This document shows positions 1-11,422 of a DNA stretch of 64,000 nt, in pieces (within the stretch, counting starts at the first letter, position 1; the number at the start of each line of letters is the position of its first letter). A program made the position numbers and the translations under genes. The DNA lies in contig OZ253448.1 of NCBI GenBank assembly GCA_965261505.1, forward strand, positions 394,807 through 458,806, read 5' to 3'. Under the pieces are notes generated by a model that saw only the letters and a program-made list of their open reading frames with translations, had not been told where the DNA came from and did not search any database. This DNA comes from Mycoplasmatales bacterium (GTDB lineage Bacteria; Bacillota_I; Bacilli_A; Mycoplasmatales; Mycoplasmataceae).

Positions 1-2526
1 CACAGCAGTTTGTAAAGCAGTTTTAATACGGGCATCAATATCACCATCTCCTGTTTTTCCTCCTGCTCCAGTAATATCTACTTCCCCCCTAGGAATTCCA
101 TTTTTAATTAAGGATTGGATTTCAACTCTGGTTCTATGAATTTTAACTTGAGTTAAATCAACAGTATCAGTTGCTTTAGGAGTAGCATCATCTGTAATGC
201 TTAGTTTTACTGTATTGATTTGTTCATCCCCCTTTAATGTAGTACTGCTTGCGTCAGGAAAGGTAATGGTACTTATATCATAGTCACTTAAACTATACTG
301 AGTTTGAATCGCTTTTTTAAGCACTGCTTGAGTAGTAGCATTAGCTAAACTCTTATCAGAACCTGCTGGAATACTAATTTCGGTAGTAGTAGGGTTAGTA
401 ATTAAGGCTTTAATGTCAGCAGTTGATCTATGGATTTGTACTTTAGTCAAATCCACAGTATCAGTGTTCCCAGCACTTTCTGTAATGACAGCACTTACTG
501 GATTATTGGCTTCTGCTGCGTTTAAATTACTTCCTGTAAAAGTAATTTTTGCTGCTTCTTGTGCAGTAAGCTTAACATCACTATTAGCAGTAACTAAAGA
601 GGCTCTTAAAGCTGTAACGGTTGCTGGGTTAGTAACACTAACATTAGCCCCTGTTGGAATTCCTACTATTAAAGCTGTTCCTATTTTATCTGCAATTTTA
701 AAAGCTTGGTATTTAGCAGTATCAGCTGTAAACCTAGCAACTTTAATAATAGTGTCAGCAGATGTTGAAGGTGTTTGATCATCTTTAATCTTAAGCGTGA
801 CATCCTCTCTAGTATCGGCAGTAAGAGTTTTTGAAGCGTCCACATCAATGCTAAGTTGGTTTAAGTCATAAGAACTTAACTGAGGATTATTAGCTTTAAT
901 AATAGGAAGGATGAGATCAATGTTAGTTTGGTCTAATTTATCATCAGAACTTTTAGCATTGATAAAACTAACAGCTAAGCGAGCTACATTATCTAATTTA
1001 GCTTGAATTTGAGCTGCAGTAGCGTGAATTTGTACTTTAGTTAAAGTAATAGTAGTAGTTTTTGAATTTACTGTAACTGTAGTAGTAACAAGGTTGTCTG
1101 TTTCATCATCTGCTAAGTTCCCTTCTGGAATGGCAAAAGAAATTTTTGCTAAGTCATCTTCTAATAAAGCAGGATTAGCTTCTTGTAAAGAAGTCTTGAT
1201 AGCTTTAATCGTATCTGCATTACTAATAGCTACATTAGATCCTGCTTTAATTGCTACTAATAAATTAGGGTCTATTTTATTTGCTATGTTATCTGCTGTG
1301 GCTTGATCTGCGTCAGCCACACTTCTTCTAGTTACTTCAAGATTAAACTGCACAGGAGCAGAAGTACCATTTTTAATATCAGCTTTAATAGTAACAGGAG
1401 TGTCCTGAGTTAAAGGTGTTGGAGTTGATTTACTAACTGGAATAGAAATTTGGGTTAAATCTCATGCGGTTAAAGTATCAGTATTAAGGCTATTAAAAAT
1501 ATTTTGAACTTTATCCGCATTAACTTGAGTTAAATTAGCTTCATCACTACTAATACTAATGTTAGTTCTGATATCTTTCGCTGCAATTTGAGCAGCTGTT
1601 GCTTGAATAGCTACTTGTAAAGGTACAGAAGCTTTTGTTTCAGTACCTATTTTAATGTCACAAGTTACTGGTAAAGTTTTTTCTGAACCATCATTAATTA
1701 AGTTAGTACTATTAAAACTAAAGATAGAGTCTGCTTGGAAACTTAAGGCTGGATTAGCTACTTTTAAAGCAGCAATTAAAGCTTTAATAGTCTCTGGATT
1801 ACTAGTACTTTTATTAGTATTAGAAGCAAGTAATAAATCTTTATTAGAGATTTTTTCTGCTACTTTCCCTGAAGCATTGAGCATTACTACTTCTAATTTA
1901 TTGACAGATTGTTTTTGAGATGCAATTTTAAAATTAATTGAGGTACCTGCTAAAACATTAAAATTAAGTTTGCTTAAATCATCAAAGCTAATTTGGGTTA
2001 AATCATATTGAGTAAGCTTAAAATTAGCTGTTTTTAATCCTTGCTTTAAAGCTTTAGCTTTAATAGTAGGATCAGTAGCTGCTGTTTGTTCTGCTTGAAA
2101 ATTAAATTTAATACTAGTAATTTTTTTAGTAATTTGAGCTGGAGTAGCATGAATCGAAACAAATAAAGTAATTTGAGCTGTTTGGTCTTCTACTTTAATA
2201 GTAGCAAGGACAGGAGTCGCTTCTTCTGAACCATCATTTTTAAGTGCTACTTTAGTAGCAAAACTAAAAACACTCATGTCTACATTTTGAAGCCCAGGGT
2301 TTAATTGCTTTAGTAATGCTTTCATAGCTGCAATTGTTTTAGGGTCTGATGTTGTGGGAAGAACACTAGAATCTAAAGCTAAATTAGGGTCAGTAATTTT
2401 ATTCTTGATGTCATTTGCTTCATTATTATCATTAGGTTTTTTATTATTAGTTGTGCATGCTGCAACACTAATAGTTCCAGTAGTTAAAAATGTAGTAGCA
2501 GCAAGTAGGCCTAGTAATTTTTTCAT
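1..2526 (-). CDS. Multi-repeat surface lipoprotein, 3' end beyond left edge
   Basis: Starts MKKLLGLLAATTFLTTGTISVAAC (signal peptide plus lipobox Cys). Track ORF 1462..2526 continues in frame through TGA at 1462-1464 with no TAA/TAG down to position 1. Body is reiterated ~90-100 aa modules (I.NP..S.P.G.N..T..A....ANP.L...DL..I.F). Confidence 0.85.
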
Positions 2527-2659
2527 ATTAATATCTCTTGTTTTTTATTAATAATAGTTTAACATAAATTAATTTTCTGGTTAAGGTGGAAACATTTTAA
2601 AATAATTCTTTAGTAAAGATATTTTATTAAATAAAAGGGTTGAAAAAATTAATTTTTTA

Positions 2660-2668
2660 TGATAAAAT
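2660..2668 (+). promoter_or_regulatory. Candidate extended -10 (TGaTAAAAT) for the 2706 gene
   Basis: tgataaaat lies ~38 nt upstream of ATG 2706. This argues against the TTG at 2640 used by the ORF track. Confidence 0.3.
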
Positions 2669-2705
2669 CTATACAGATTTTATATTTTTAAAATTAATAT
2701 TTAAA

Positions 2706-3593
2706 ATGGAAACTTTAAGCAATCAAAAACCTGTTAACGCAAAAATCATTAAAGAAGGTGTTTTAGAAAAAATTAATTTTTTAAAGGAACACCGTAAAAC
2801 TTTTTTTGATGAAAAGCAAAAAAGTTTTGTTTTTTTACAAAAAGATATTCCTAAAAAAGTGATTTTACAAAATAAAAGAAAAGTCTGATATAAAGACTTT
2901 CATAAATTTCCTCAAGCAGTATGAAAAGAAACCTATCATATTAATCCTGAAACTGATAAAAAGTGCATAGCTTTTACTTTAGCAAAAGATGATATTGCTA
3001 AAATTCAAATTTTTTATCAAAAATATTATTCTAATGTGTCTTTTAAAAAAATTAATGAGTTATTAAAAGAAAAATTTAATAATCATTTTCAAACAGCTTA
3101 TATTATTAAAACAACTTTTAATAAGATTTTAAATTTTCAATTACCTAGTCATGTAAATTTAAAAGATATTTTATTTTTGATAAATAAAATATTGAATTTA
3201 AGTAAAATTTTAAAATTTAAATTTAACCCAAAAATAAATTGTCAATCTTTTTGACTTAATAACTATAAAAATGATTTTTATGAAATTATTCATAATAAAG
3301 GTTTTAAAAATGCTTGAAAAGAAGATACAAATAAAAATGATGCTAAATTAAAGAATTTAAAAATTTTAAGAGATTTATTAACACATTTAGATTACAAAAA
3401 AGAACAAGAAAGCAAAAAATTTATTATTTGTAATGATTATTTTTTAACAGACGATTATATTTTTTTAGAATTATTTGGTAATTATTGAAATAATGAAAAG
3501 AAAAAAATTTGCAAAATTCTTATAGAGCAATTTTCAGATATTAAAGAAAAATTTATAAAACTTTTTATAAAAAATATGAGTTTAAAATCTTAA
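2706..3593 (+). CDS. Hypothetical protein with Rx4H (HEPN/Abi-like) motif
   Basis: Track ORFs 2640..2888 and 3036..3254 share a frame and join through TGA codons to TAA at 3591-3593. ATG at 2706. ILRDLLTH (R-x4-H) is encoded at 3369..3386. The stop lies 2 nt before the Fic start. Confidence 0.7.
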
Positions 3594-3595
3594 TT

Positions 3596-4621
3596 ATGAT
3601 GAATGATAAATATAAATATAATCTTAAAGAAGAATTATTGAATTATATTAAGGATCCTCAAAAAGATGCTAGATTTTCTGCAGAAGAGTGTATTGAATAT
3701 ATCGAAAATTTTATTAAGAAGCATAATTTATTAGATGAAGTTAAAAATTATAGTCAATTTGTTTATCGGGAACTTAATATTTTATGAAATCAAAAAATTA
3801 TTATTCGTTTTTCATGAGGGAATTATTTATATAAAAGAGCAGAATATTTCTCTCCAGATATAGCTAAAATTGATTTTAATAAAATAAAAACTAATTTTAA
3901 TGAGAATGAAGTTAAAAAAGCCTTAAGATATTTATCAGAAGCAGATAATCGAATCAATGAAAAAGCTTTTTTCAGAGAATCTTTATCTAGTTCTATTATT
4001 GAAGGTTCAAGTGTAAACCTTGATAATTATAATTATCGTAAAAAAAATCAGGACGATATTGAGATAAAAGAATTGAATAATCAAATATTAGTTTTTGAAT
4101 GATTAAATAAAAATGATTTAAAAATGAATCATGAACTTTTAAAAACTATTCATGAGAAAATGTTTTTTAATATTATTAATAGCTCTCGAAATCATTCCCA
4201 ACATGCAGGTGTTTATAAAACATCTATTAATTTTTTTACAAATGGAATCGTCCCTTGCCTACCAAGTGATGTTTTTAATGAATTAAATAAATTTATTGCT
4301 TTTTATAATGAAAAACCTTCTTCTATTAAGGATGCCTTTTTAAAAGTAGGATTTATTCATGCCTGGTTTGAATTTATTCATCCCTTCCCTGATGGAAATG
4401 GTCGTGTAGGAAGAATTTTAATTAATCATTATTTAAAATATCATAAAATTATTTCTTTTATGAATTTTAGAATTAGTGAGACTTTAGAAAAAAATCGTGA
4501 AGAATATATTGAGAATTTAGCTAATCAAGCAATTAATAAAAATTATCTTTCTTTTATTAAATGGTTTATGGATACTCCTTTAGCTTTAACAATTAAAAAT
4601 ATTAATCAAAATATTAAATAA
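3596..4621 (+). CDS. Fic-domain protein (class II, N-terminal inhibitory helix)
   Basis: Track ORFs 3596..3787 and 4124..4621 are in the same frame and joined by TGA codons. Canonical HPFPDGNGRVGR at 4379..4414. Autoinhibition motif S-x-x-x-E-G (SSIIEG) at 3989..4006. Confidence 0.9.
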
Positions 4622-4715
4622 ACAAAAAAAGTCTTTATATAAAAGAAGATTTAATAATTAAGTTAAATAGTTTTATTAAATAAAAGTAAAGAAAATAAAA
4701 CTCTATGAAAATTCT

Positions 4716-5399
4716 TTAAAATGTTATTACTATCCCTTTGATTAAATCACTTGGATTATCAGGATTTTTAAATTTATTAAATTTAGTCAAAGTTAATTCT
4801 ACACTTTTTTCAATCTTTAACCGAGAATTCTTATTAAACAATTCATATGTTTTAAGACTCATCAAAACTTTGACCTTTTTTAATTCAATTTTGAAGTCCT
4901 CAAGATATTTAAAAACCCTGCAAGGATGATCAATAATCCACATACCTCTTACTCTCAATGATGTTATTTTTAAAGGATCTAGATTTTTAAAATTTGCAAT
5001 TTCGTTTGTTTTTAATGATTCTAATGATGTATTTATATTGTTTTTTATTTTACTTTTAAAAGAATTATAAATAAATGATGATGCAGCATATAAAAGTCCA
5101 TCTAAAATTCATAAATCCTTTATTTTATTATCTATAACCCTACCAATAACATACATAAAAGGTATTTTTTTATCACCAATAATTTCTTTACATTTTTTGG
5201 TAATTCTTACATTATCTGTTGCTTTTAAACTTTGTTCAGGAAAAGAACTATTAAGATGAATTATAGATGTAGAATTAGTCTTTTTAATCTCAAAAGCAAT
5301 TTTTGGTGTTCTTGATATACAGTCTGGAGGATGATTAGCAGTACCTTGATAACATCACGCATCAGATAAAGAAATATAATCTGCCTTCCCAGCCAACAT
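4716..5399 (-). CDS. Candidate type II restriction endonuclease, PD-(D/E)xK
   Basis: Track ORF 4716..4958 extends upstream through TGA codons to ATG 5399 (684 nt). Contains HPPDCIS..(11 aa)..FEIKK, a PD...ExK arrangement. Sits immediately downstream of the m5C methyltransferase on the same strand. Confidence 0.6.
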
Positions 5400-5471
5400 T
5401 AATTTAAAAAAAGCTTCTAAACCAGTCCAATTTCTTGAATTTTATTTTTATAATTACCTACTGGTTCTTCA

Positions 5472-6512
5472 TTAATTAAAAAAGATTGATTCTTTGCTAG
5501 AATTACTAAGCTCTCTAAAAGGTTCATGTTGTAATTTTAGTTTTTTTAATATACTTTTAGCAATTATTTTAGCAAGTTCTACTGGAACAGCATTCCCTAC
5601 CATCTTATAACCGTCGTTTATTTTTTGATAATAAAAAATAAAATCCTTAGGAAAAGTTTGAATATTAGCACACTCCCTTACACTAAGTCTTCTATAAAAA
5701 TTAATTTTACTTTTAACAAAAATAAATTTATTGTTATTTACTTTAATCATCCTAGGTGCTTGTGGATGAAGAGGGGCATGTCTACCACTTGCTTGAATTG
5801 TAAAAGATGGTTCATCATAACCCCTTACTCTATTGCGTGACATATAAATAGAAGAAAAATTTCCAATCATATATTCATTGTTGTTAATTGATGCGGGATT
5901 ATGATAATTTTTATCTAAAGCAGCAACAGGCTTGATAGCATCGTTCAAAACATCTTTTAATAATTTTTTATTATTTTGTTTTTTAGGGAATTCATATTTT
6001 ACATTCATTTCTTGCTTAAAACCAATTAAAAAAACTCTTTTTCGTGTCTGTGCTACCCCAAAATCATTAGCGTTTATTAAATTTAAAAAGTAATCGTACC
6101 CATATTCATTAATTTTATTTTTAAATCAATTTAAAAATTTATCATGCTTTTGGAATAAAATTCCTCTCACATTTTCTATTACAAAAAATAAAGGTTTTTT
6201 ATGTTTTAAAATTTTTAAAAAGGTAAAAAATAATTCCCCTCTTTCATCATCTATTCCTTTTTGAGTCCCTGCTTCACTTCAAGATTGGCAAGGAATACCA
6301 GCAATGATGCCATCACAATCAGGGATATCATCAATTTTAATATTATTGATATTTTTTTTATTTAAAAAAGTGTTTGGATGATTTGCCTGATATGTTTCTC
6401 AAATAGCTGGATCAAATTCATTAGCCCAAATAACATTAAATCCTGCTTGTTTAAATCCTAAATCAAGTCCTCCACATCCACTAAATAAAGATACTATTTT
6501 ATGTTTTTGCAT
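5472..6512 (-). CDS. DNA (cytosine-5)-methyltransferase, M.HaeIII-like
   Basis: [20 protein letters not shown] (motif I), GIPCQSWS (IV), ENV (VI), QTRKRVF (VIII), GNAVP (X). The TRD (..[41 protein letters not shown]..) resembles M.HaeIII as I recall it. Track ORF 5472..6008 extends through TGAs to ATG 6512. Confidence 0.93.
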
Positions 6513-6584
6513 TAATCTTTTGAAAATAATTTTACAGTTTAATTTATTTTAACTTTTTTAAACTGAACTAATAGATCTAAAATA

Positions 6585-7541
6585 TTAAGCCTGTGGCTTC
6601 ATCCCAACAGAAATTGCTACATTCCCAATAGGGTCTGAAGCATGAGGGACATTAACATAAACTATGACATCTTCGGCTGTAGTAGTTAAAGTAATGTTAG
6701 GAGTAATGGCTAAGTATGATATTTGATAAAAATGCAGCTTCCCAGATAATTTTTGCAGTAAATCACGATTAATCACCTTAATTGTGTTTTTATTACTTGT
6801 GTTAGGAGTGTTTCCATTAGGAACCTCGATCTCAATTTTTTTACCCTTATTTTTTAAAACATTGGTTAAAGTACTATTGCTTAATGTAGCTACAGTTGCA
6901 ATGTTATGAACAAAAACCTGGGGATTATTTTGATCCACATAATTATCAAAAGCTAATTTAGTAGGAGTGTTTGTATTAATCTTTAAGGCTTGAATTTTAG
7001 CACCTTCATAAGATAAATGTAGATGGTTAATGTCATAATCACTAGCTTGAGGATTAGCAGTTTTTAAAGCCTTTTGGTATTTTGCTAATAAGGTTTTTTC
7101 TGTTAATAAGTTTAAATCACTTGGATCTGGTAACTTAATGGCTTGTTGGTTATTAAAATGACTTGCCATAGTTTGGTTAGAAGGGCTTAAAAAAACATTA
7201 AGGTTTAAACTAGCTACTGCACCTTTTTGGGTATCAATACTTAAAGGTACTGAAACAGTTTGGTAGACAATTAAATTAGCCTGAGCAACCTTAAAAAAAG
7301 CTATATCAGTTTTTTTTAGTAAATGGTTATTAATTAAAAGGGCATGCAAAATAGCTGCTTTAGTATCAGCATTAATGGTGTTATCACTAACATCAGGTCT
7401 TAAAACAATGCTAGGGTTTGTAATTTCTTTTTTAATATCTTCTGCTGTAGGAATAACTTCATTACTACTACAAGCAATAAGGTTAGAAGCACAACTACTA
7501 GTAATGCCAAATGCTACTAAACTAAAAAGAAACTTTTTCAT
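6585..7541 (-). CDS. Lipoprotein (modular family)
   Basis: MKKFLFSLVAFGITSSCASNLIAC lipobox. Intact 318 aa ORF ending in TAA. Confidence 0.85.
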   Translation of the reverse strand: MKKFLFSLVAFGITSSCASNLIACSSNEVIPTAEDIKKEITNPSIVLRPDVSDNTINADTKAAILHALLINNHLLKKTDIAFFKVAQANLIVYQTVSVPLSIDTQKGAVASLNLNVFLSPSNQTMASHFNNQQAIKLPDPSDLNLLTEKTLLAKYQKALKTANPQASDYDINHLHLSYEGAKIQALKINTNTPTKLAFDNYVDQNNPQVFVHNIATVATLSNSTLTNVLKNKGKKIEIEVPNGNTPNTSNKNTIKVINRDLLQKLSGKLHFYQISYLAITPNITLTTTAEDVIVYVNVPHASDPIGNVAISVGMKPQA

Positions 7542-7569
7542 GCTTAGCCTACATTAGCCCAAAATGATA

Positions 7570-9153
7570 TTATTTTGACCCTAATGTAACCAATAAGTTA
7601 ACAATTCCTTTTGCTTGTGGTGAGGAACCATATTTACATCCTATCTGCACAAGTACAGGTCTTCCTGATGCCAAAACTACACTATCTTGGTCAGGCTTGT
7701 CAAATGTTAAAGATGTCTTGTACTCTTTAATTCTAGGATTGCCTGTAGCTACCGCATCTTGAATAGCTGTTTTAGTAGCAGCATTACTTACTGCTGGATT
7801 AGTATTTAGCGGAACAGTAATGTTTTTGTCAGTAATAGCACTTAAAATTTCTCCAGAAGACGGACTAGCTATATCAATGCTAAAGCCAGTAACATTAACA
7901 GTAGTTTGACCAGGGATTACTATATCAAAAGCAAGAGAAGTATCCCCAGCACTTGCAAGAGGTATATCACTACCTGCTCCTAATGTAAATGTTTCAAGAG
8001 TAGTAAGGTCATAATCTGTAATAGTAGTTCCATCAGGAGCTGTGTTTTTTATGGCTTGTTTAACAGCATTATGAGTAGCAATTTGGGCAGCGGTAGGTTT
8101 TGCTCCAGGAGTAGTAGGTCAGCTTAAATCAGGATCAGTATCAAAAGGAACAGCTATTTTTTTAGTAGTATAACCATTAAATTTGGCTGCTAGATCCGCA
8201 ATTACAGGAGCCATTAAGACCTTAATATCTTTACTAGCTGACTCTCCATCCACAGTAAAAATAATTTTATAAGATACTTTAACATCAACTTGTAAATTAG
8301 GAGCTGCTTCTCCAGAAAGTGATTTTATTGTAAAAACACTAGTAGTAGGGGCGTCTGCATCTAAACCAGCATTACTGGCCTTTAATGCATCTAAAATATT
8401 ATCTTTATTAGTAGTTTGAGTTGGATCCTTACTGTTATTATTAGCAATTGCTATATCATTTACAGCAATGTCTTTCACAAAACGATCCGCTGATGGTTCA
8501 ACTGCCACAGTTACTCCTGTTACTTGTACTGTTGCTTTATTTTTATTCACAGTTAAATTAATATTAGTACTAGAAGCAGTAGTAATTGTTATATTTTTCG
8601 GTATAACTATTTTTTGAAGATCACTATTTGATAATAAAGGGTTATTCCGCTTTAGACTATCTATAATATCATTTCTTACTCCTAAATTATTAGTATTATA
8701 AGTAACGACATCCCCCTTTTGATGATAACCTTGTTTGTAATAAACCAAAGCTTTGTTTGTAATTTTACTACTAATTTGCTGAGCTGTATCATCGTCCATT
8801 GTTATGCTCAAGGTAGCATAAGCTACATCTTTTTTAACAGTGCTAGTTACTTTTATGTTACTAGTAGATCCATTATCAAGCCCTGCACTAGAAAAAGTTA
8901 ACTTAGTTAGATCATCATCAGTTATGCTAGAGTTAGCTTTTTTTAAGGCTGATTTAATAGCTGTGATAGTGGCTGTGTTAGTAGTATCTGGATTAGTGTT
9001 CCAAGGCACACTAAACGATTTGTTTTTAATTTTATTAATAATTGCTTGAGCTGGACTAGGAGGGGTATTTTCTTTACTACCACAAGCAATTACACTAGAA
9101 GTTGCTGACGCACTTAAGGCTAGTGCTCCTAAAATAGATAAAAGTTTTTTCAA
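7570..9153 (-). CDS. Lipoprotein (modular family)
   Basis: MKKLLSILGALALSASATSSVIAC. Track ORF 8119..9153 continues through TGA 8119-8121 to TAA 7570-7572 (1584 nt). Confidence 0.85.
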
Positions 9154-9251
9154 AATAATAAGTAATAATTAAACTTGATATAAATTACAAAATCACTAAT
9201 GAATCTGTTTGCAATATAATAATTATAATAAATTTTAATAATTTTTTAGCA

Positions 9252-10166
9252 TTAATCTTTTATGCTTTTTTGAATTTCTGTCCCTTTTCCTAAACAACCA
9301 AACCAAGTCACTAATTCAACAAAAATTTTTCCTAAAGCTTGCATTCCTGGCTCCATAATGTTTGTGACATCATAGCCTTTGCCAATAGTATCTTTTCCTG
9401 CTTTAAAATACTCATGCAATGCTTTTTGAAAGGCTAACTTACATTCAGTAGAGACATTAACTTTAGCAATTCCCATACTGATAGCTTTTTTAACTTGTAC
9501 TTGAGGAATTCCTGAACCCCCATGAAGTACTAAAGGAAGATTTGCAGTTTTGTTAATAGTTTCTAAAACATCAAAAGATAATCCTTCTCAGTCTGCAGGA
9601 TAAGGTCCATGAATATTACCTATTCCTGCAGCCAGGGCTGAAAGTCCCAGGCTTTTTAATTTAACTGCTTGGGCAGGGTCTGCTAACTCTCCTCTTCGAA
9701 TCATCCCGTCTTCTTCTCCTCCAATGCTTCCTATTTCTCCTTCCACAGAAACATAATATTCTTGTGCTAAAGGAATAATTTTTTGAAGCGTTTTATAATT
9801 ATCTTCAAAATTAAGTTCAGATAAATCTGCCATAACACTAGAATATCCTGCTTTAATGGCAGCTTCAATTAAAGGAACTCTAGTAGCATGATCCAAATGA
9901 AGAGCCACAGGAACAGTAATGTTTAAATCCTCTAATAAACCATTAATCATTCCTACTACAGTTGTAACTCCTCCCATATATTTAATAGCTCTTTCTGATG
10001 TTGCTAAAATTAAAGGAGTATTAGTTAATTGTGCTGTAATTAAAAATGCTTTAGCAAATTCTAAGTTGTGAATATTAAAATGTCCTATTGCGTAATGATG
10101 CCTCTTAGCATGAGCAAGCATTTTAGTAATAGGACTAAGTTTTTTATGATAAATTGGTTTTTCCAT
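9252..10166 (-). CDS. fba: Fructose-bisphosphate aldolase, class II
   Basis: Track ORFs 9588..10166 and 9252..9476 are in one frame joined by TGA. Contains ..VALHLDH.. and ..LPLVLHGGSG.. motifs. Confidence 0.92.
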
Positions 10167-10340
10167 ATTTCAAAAATTTGTTCTTGTTAAAAATGTAAAT
10201 AAGTATCTTTATAAACATTATATTAGATTAAGAAAGTGAATAATACTTTAATACTTAAAGTAAATGACTGAAAGTATTTTCACTTTAATTTTTACACTTA
10301 TCATTATAAAAACTAGAAATTTATTGAAATATTTTATTTA

Positions 10341-11137
10341 CTAGATTCCTTTAACATAAAAATAAACTGGATTTTCTTTAGTAAAGCCAAGTTTTGGAAG
10401 ATACATTTCACAAAGGACTGGTTTACCCTTAATAATTGTAAACTTTTTATAGGTTGCATAAGAATCTAAACCATCATCTAAGCCACCCATTGAACTTCAA
10501 GATGAATTTAAGGTATAACTTACCTGATCTTTATCCCATTCATTTGGTTCAATTTTTTTAGCTCCTCCCATAGGGAATAATATAGCACCTTCTTTAGAGT
10601 TATTTCCTGAATGAGTTAATGCATGCTTTTCTCTACTATAATTAGGAGCTATTATTGAGGCTGGAATTTGCTTGGGTTTAGGTATGAAACCTTTAATTTC
10701 TACATTTAATTCCTCTCCTAATTCTCATAAAGCTTCAAGATGTAACATAACGCCTTGAGCTAGAACCTTTTTTAAACTATCCTTGTTACTAGGAGCATGC
10801 AGATAAGATGCTTTTATGTTATTTCTAATCCCGACAACATGTAAACATTGATTAATTTTTTGTAATGCTTTTGTTAAGCCTTTTTCTTCCATAGAGCTGG
10901 TTTTATTAACATGCTTAATTCAACCTCCTCATGTTGATAAATGAGATTGGGCTGCTACTTTCAGATACGCTTTATTAATAATGGCTTTTTGAGCCTTACC
11001 TCAAGTATTAAGATTATCAGATTCAAATGGAGAAACTGGATTTAATTTTAAAGGCTTTTGATTATTACATGCATTAACAGCACTTAACATTGACTAGAAA
11101 CTGCTTATACTGCTAATAAAGATAAAATTTTTTTCAT
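10341..11137 (-). pseudogene. Lipoprotein with disrupted signal peptide, sharing the C-terminal module of the 58.7-64 kb array
   Basis: ATG 11137 gives MKKILSLLAV then TAA. A shifted frame hits TAG, then MLSAVNAC..(ATG 11090) stays open for 750 nt to TAG 10341. The C-terminus ..WSSMGGLDDGLDSYATYKKFTIIKGKPVLCEMYLPKLGFTKENPVYFYVKGI matches the array family. Confidence 0.6.
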
Positions 11138-11422
11138 TGTATGATTTTATAGTTTTGTTAACTTAATTTTTGATAAGAAGTTTAGTCATAAAAGATTATC
11201 CTTCTTACAAACCTCAGAAATATATCATAAAAGATAAAATTAAGCAAGTTTTGCTTTTATAGGACTGAAATCATCTTAATAAATTTAAGTAAAAAGGCAT
11301 GTAAACTAAGTTAATGTGCCTAATTATTCAAAGGAAATTAATTAAAGAATTTAACTATATTTATATAAATAAATTAAAATAAAAAAAATTACTTTTAAAA
11401 TATGGAAATTAATTTATGAAAC

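Noticed and set aside
413-1306. Plus-strand track ORFs 413..778 and 1094..1306, plus similar ones such as 1655..1918, 8840..9049, 26401..26707, 27095..27364, 44517..44807, 46549..47887, 53691..54789 and 55608..56012
   Set aside because: They lie antisense inside long, well-supported minus-strand genes. They have low-complexity or hydrophobic shadow translations and no start context.
2640-2705. TTG start at 2640 for the Rx4H protein
   Set aside because: An extended -10 element (2660..2668) lies downstream of it and an in-frame ATG is available at 2706. The N-terminal 22 codons look like AT-rich leader sequence.
4738-4929. Plus-strand track ORF inside the candidate endonuclease gene
   Set aside because: It is antisense to a longer ORF that carries a PD...ExK core and is operonic with the methyltransferase.
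10233-10285. Imperfect inverted repeat (aagtgaataatacttt ... aaagtattttcactt) between fba and the disrupted lipoprotein gene
   Set aside because: It has a one-base bulge and no following T-run on either strand. It is probably a weak terminator or just chance in AT-rich DNA and is not worth calling.
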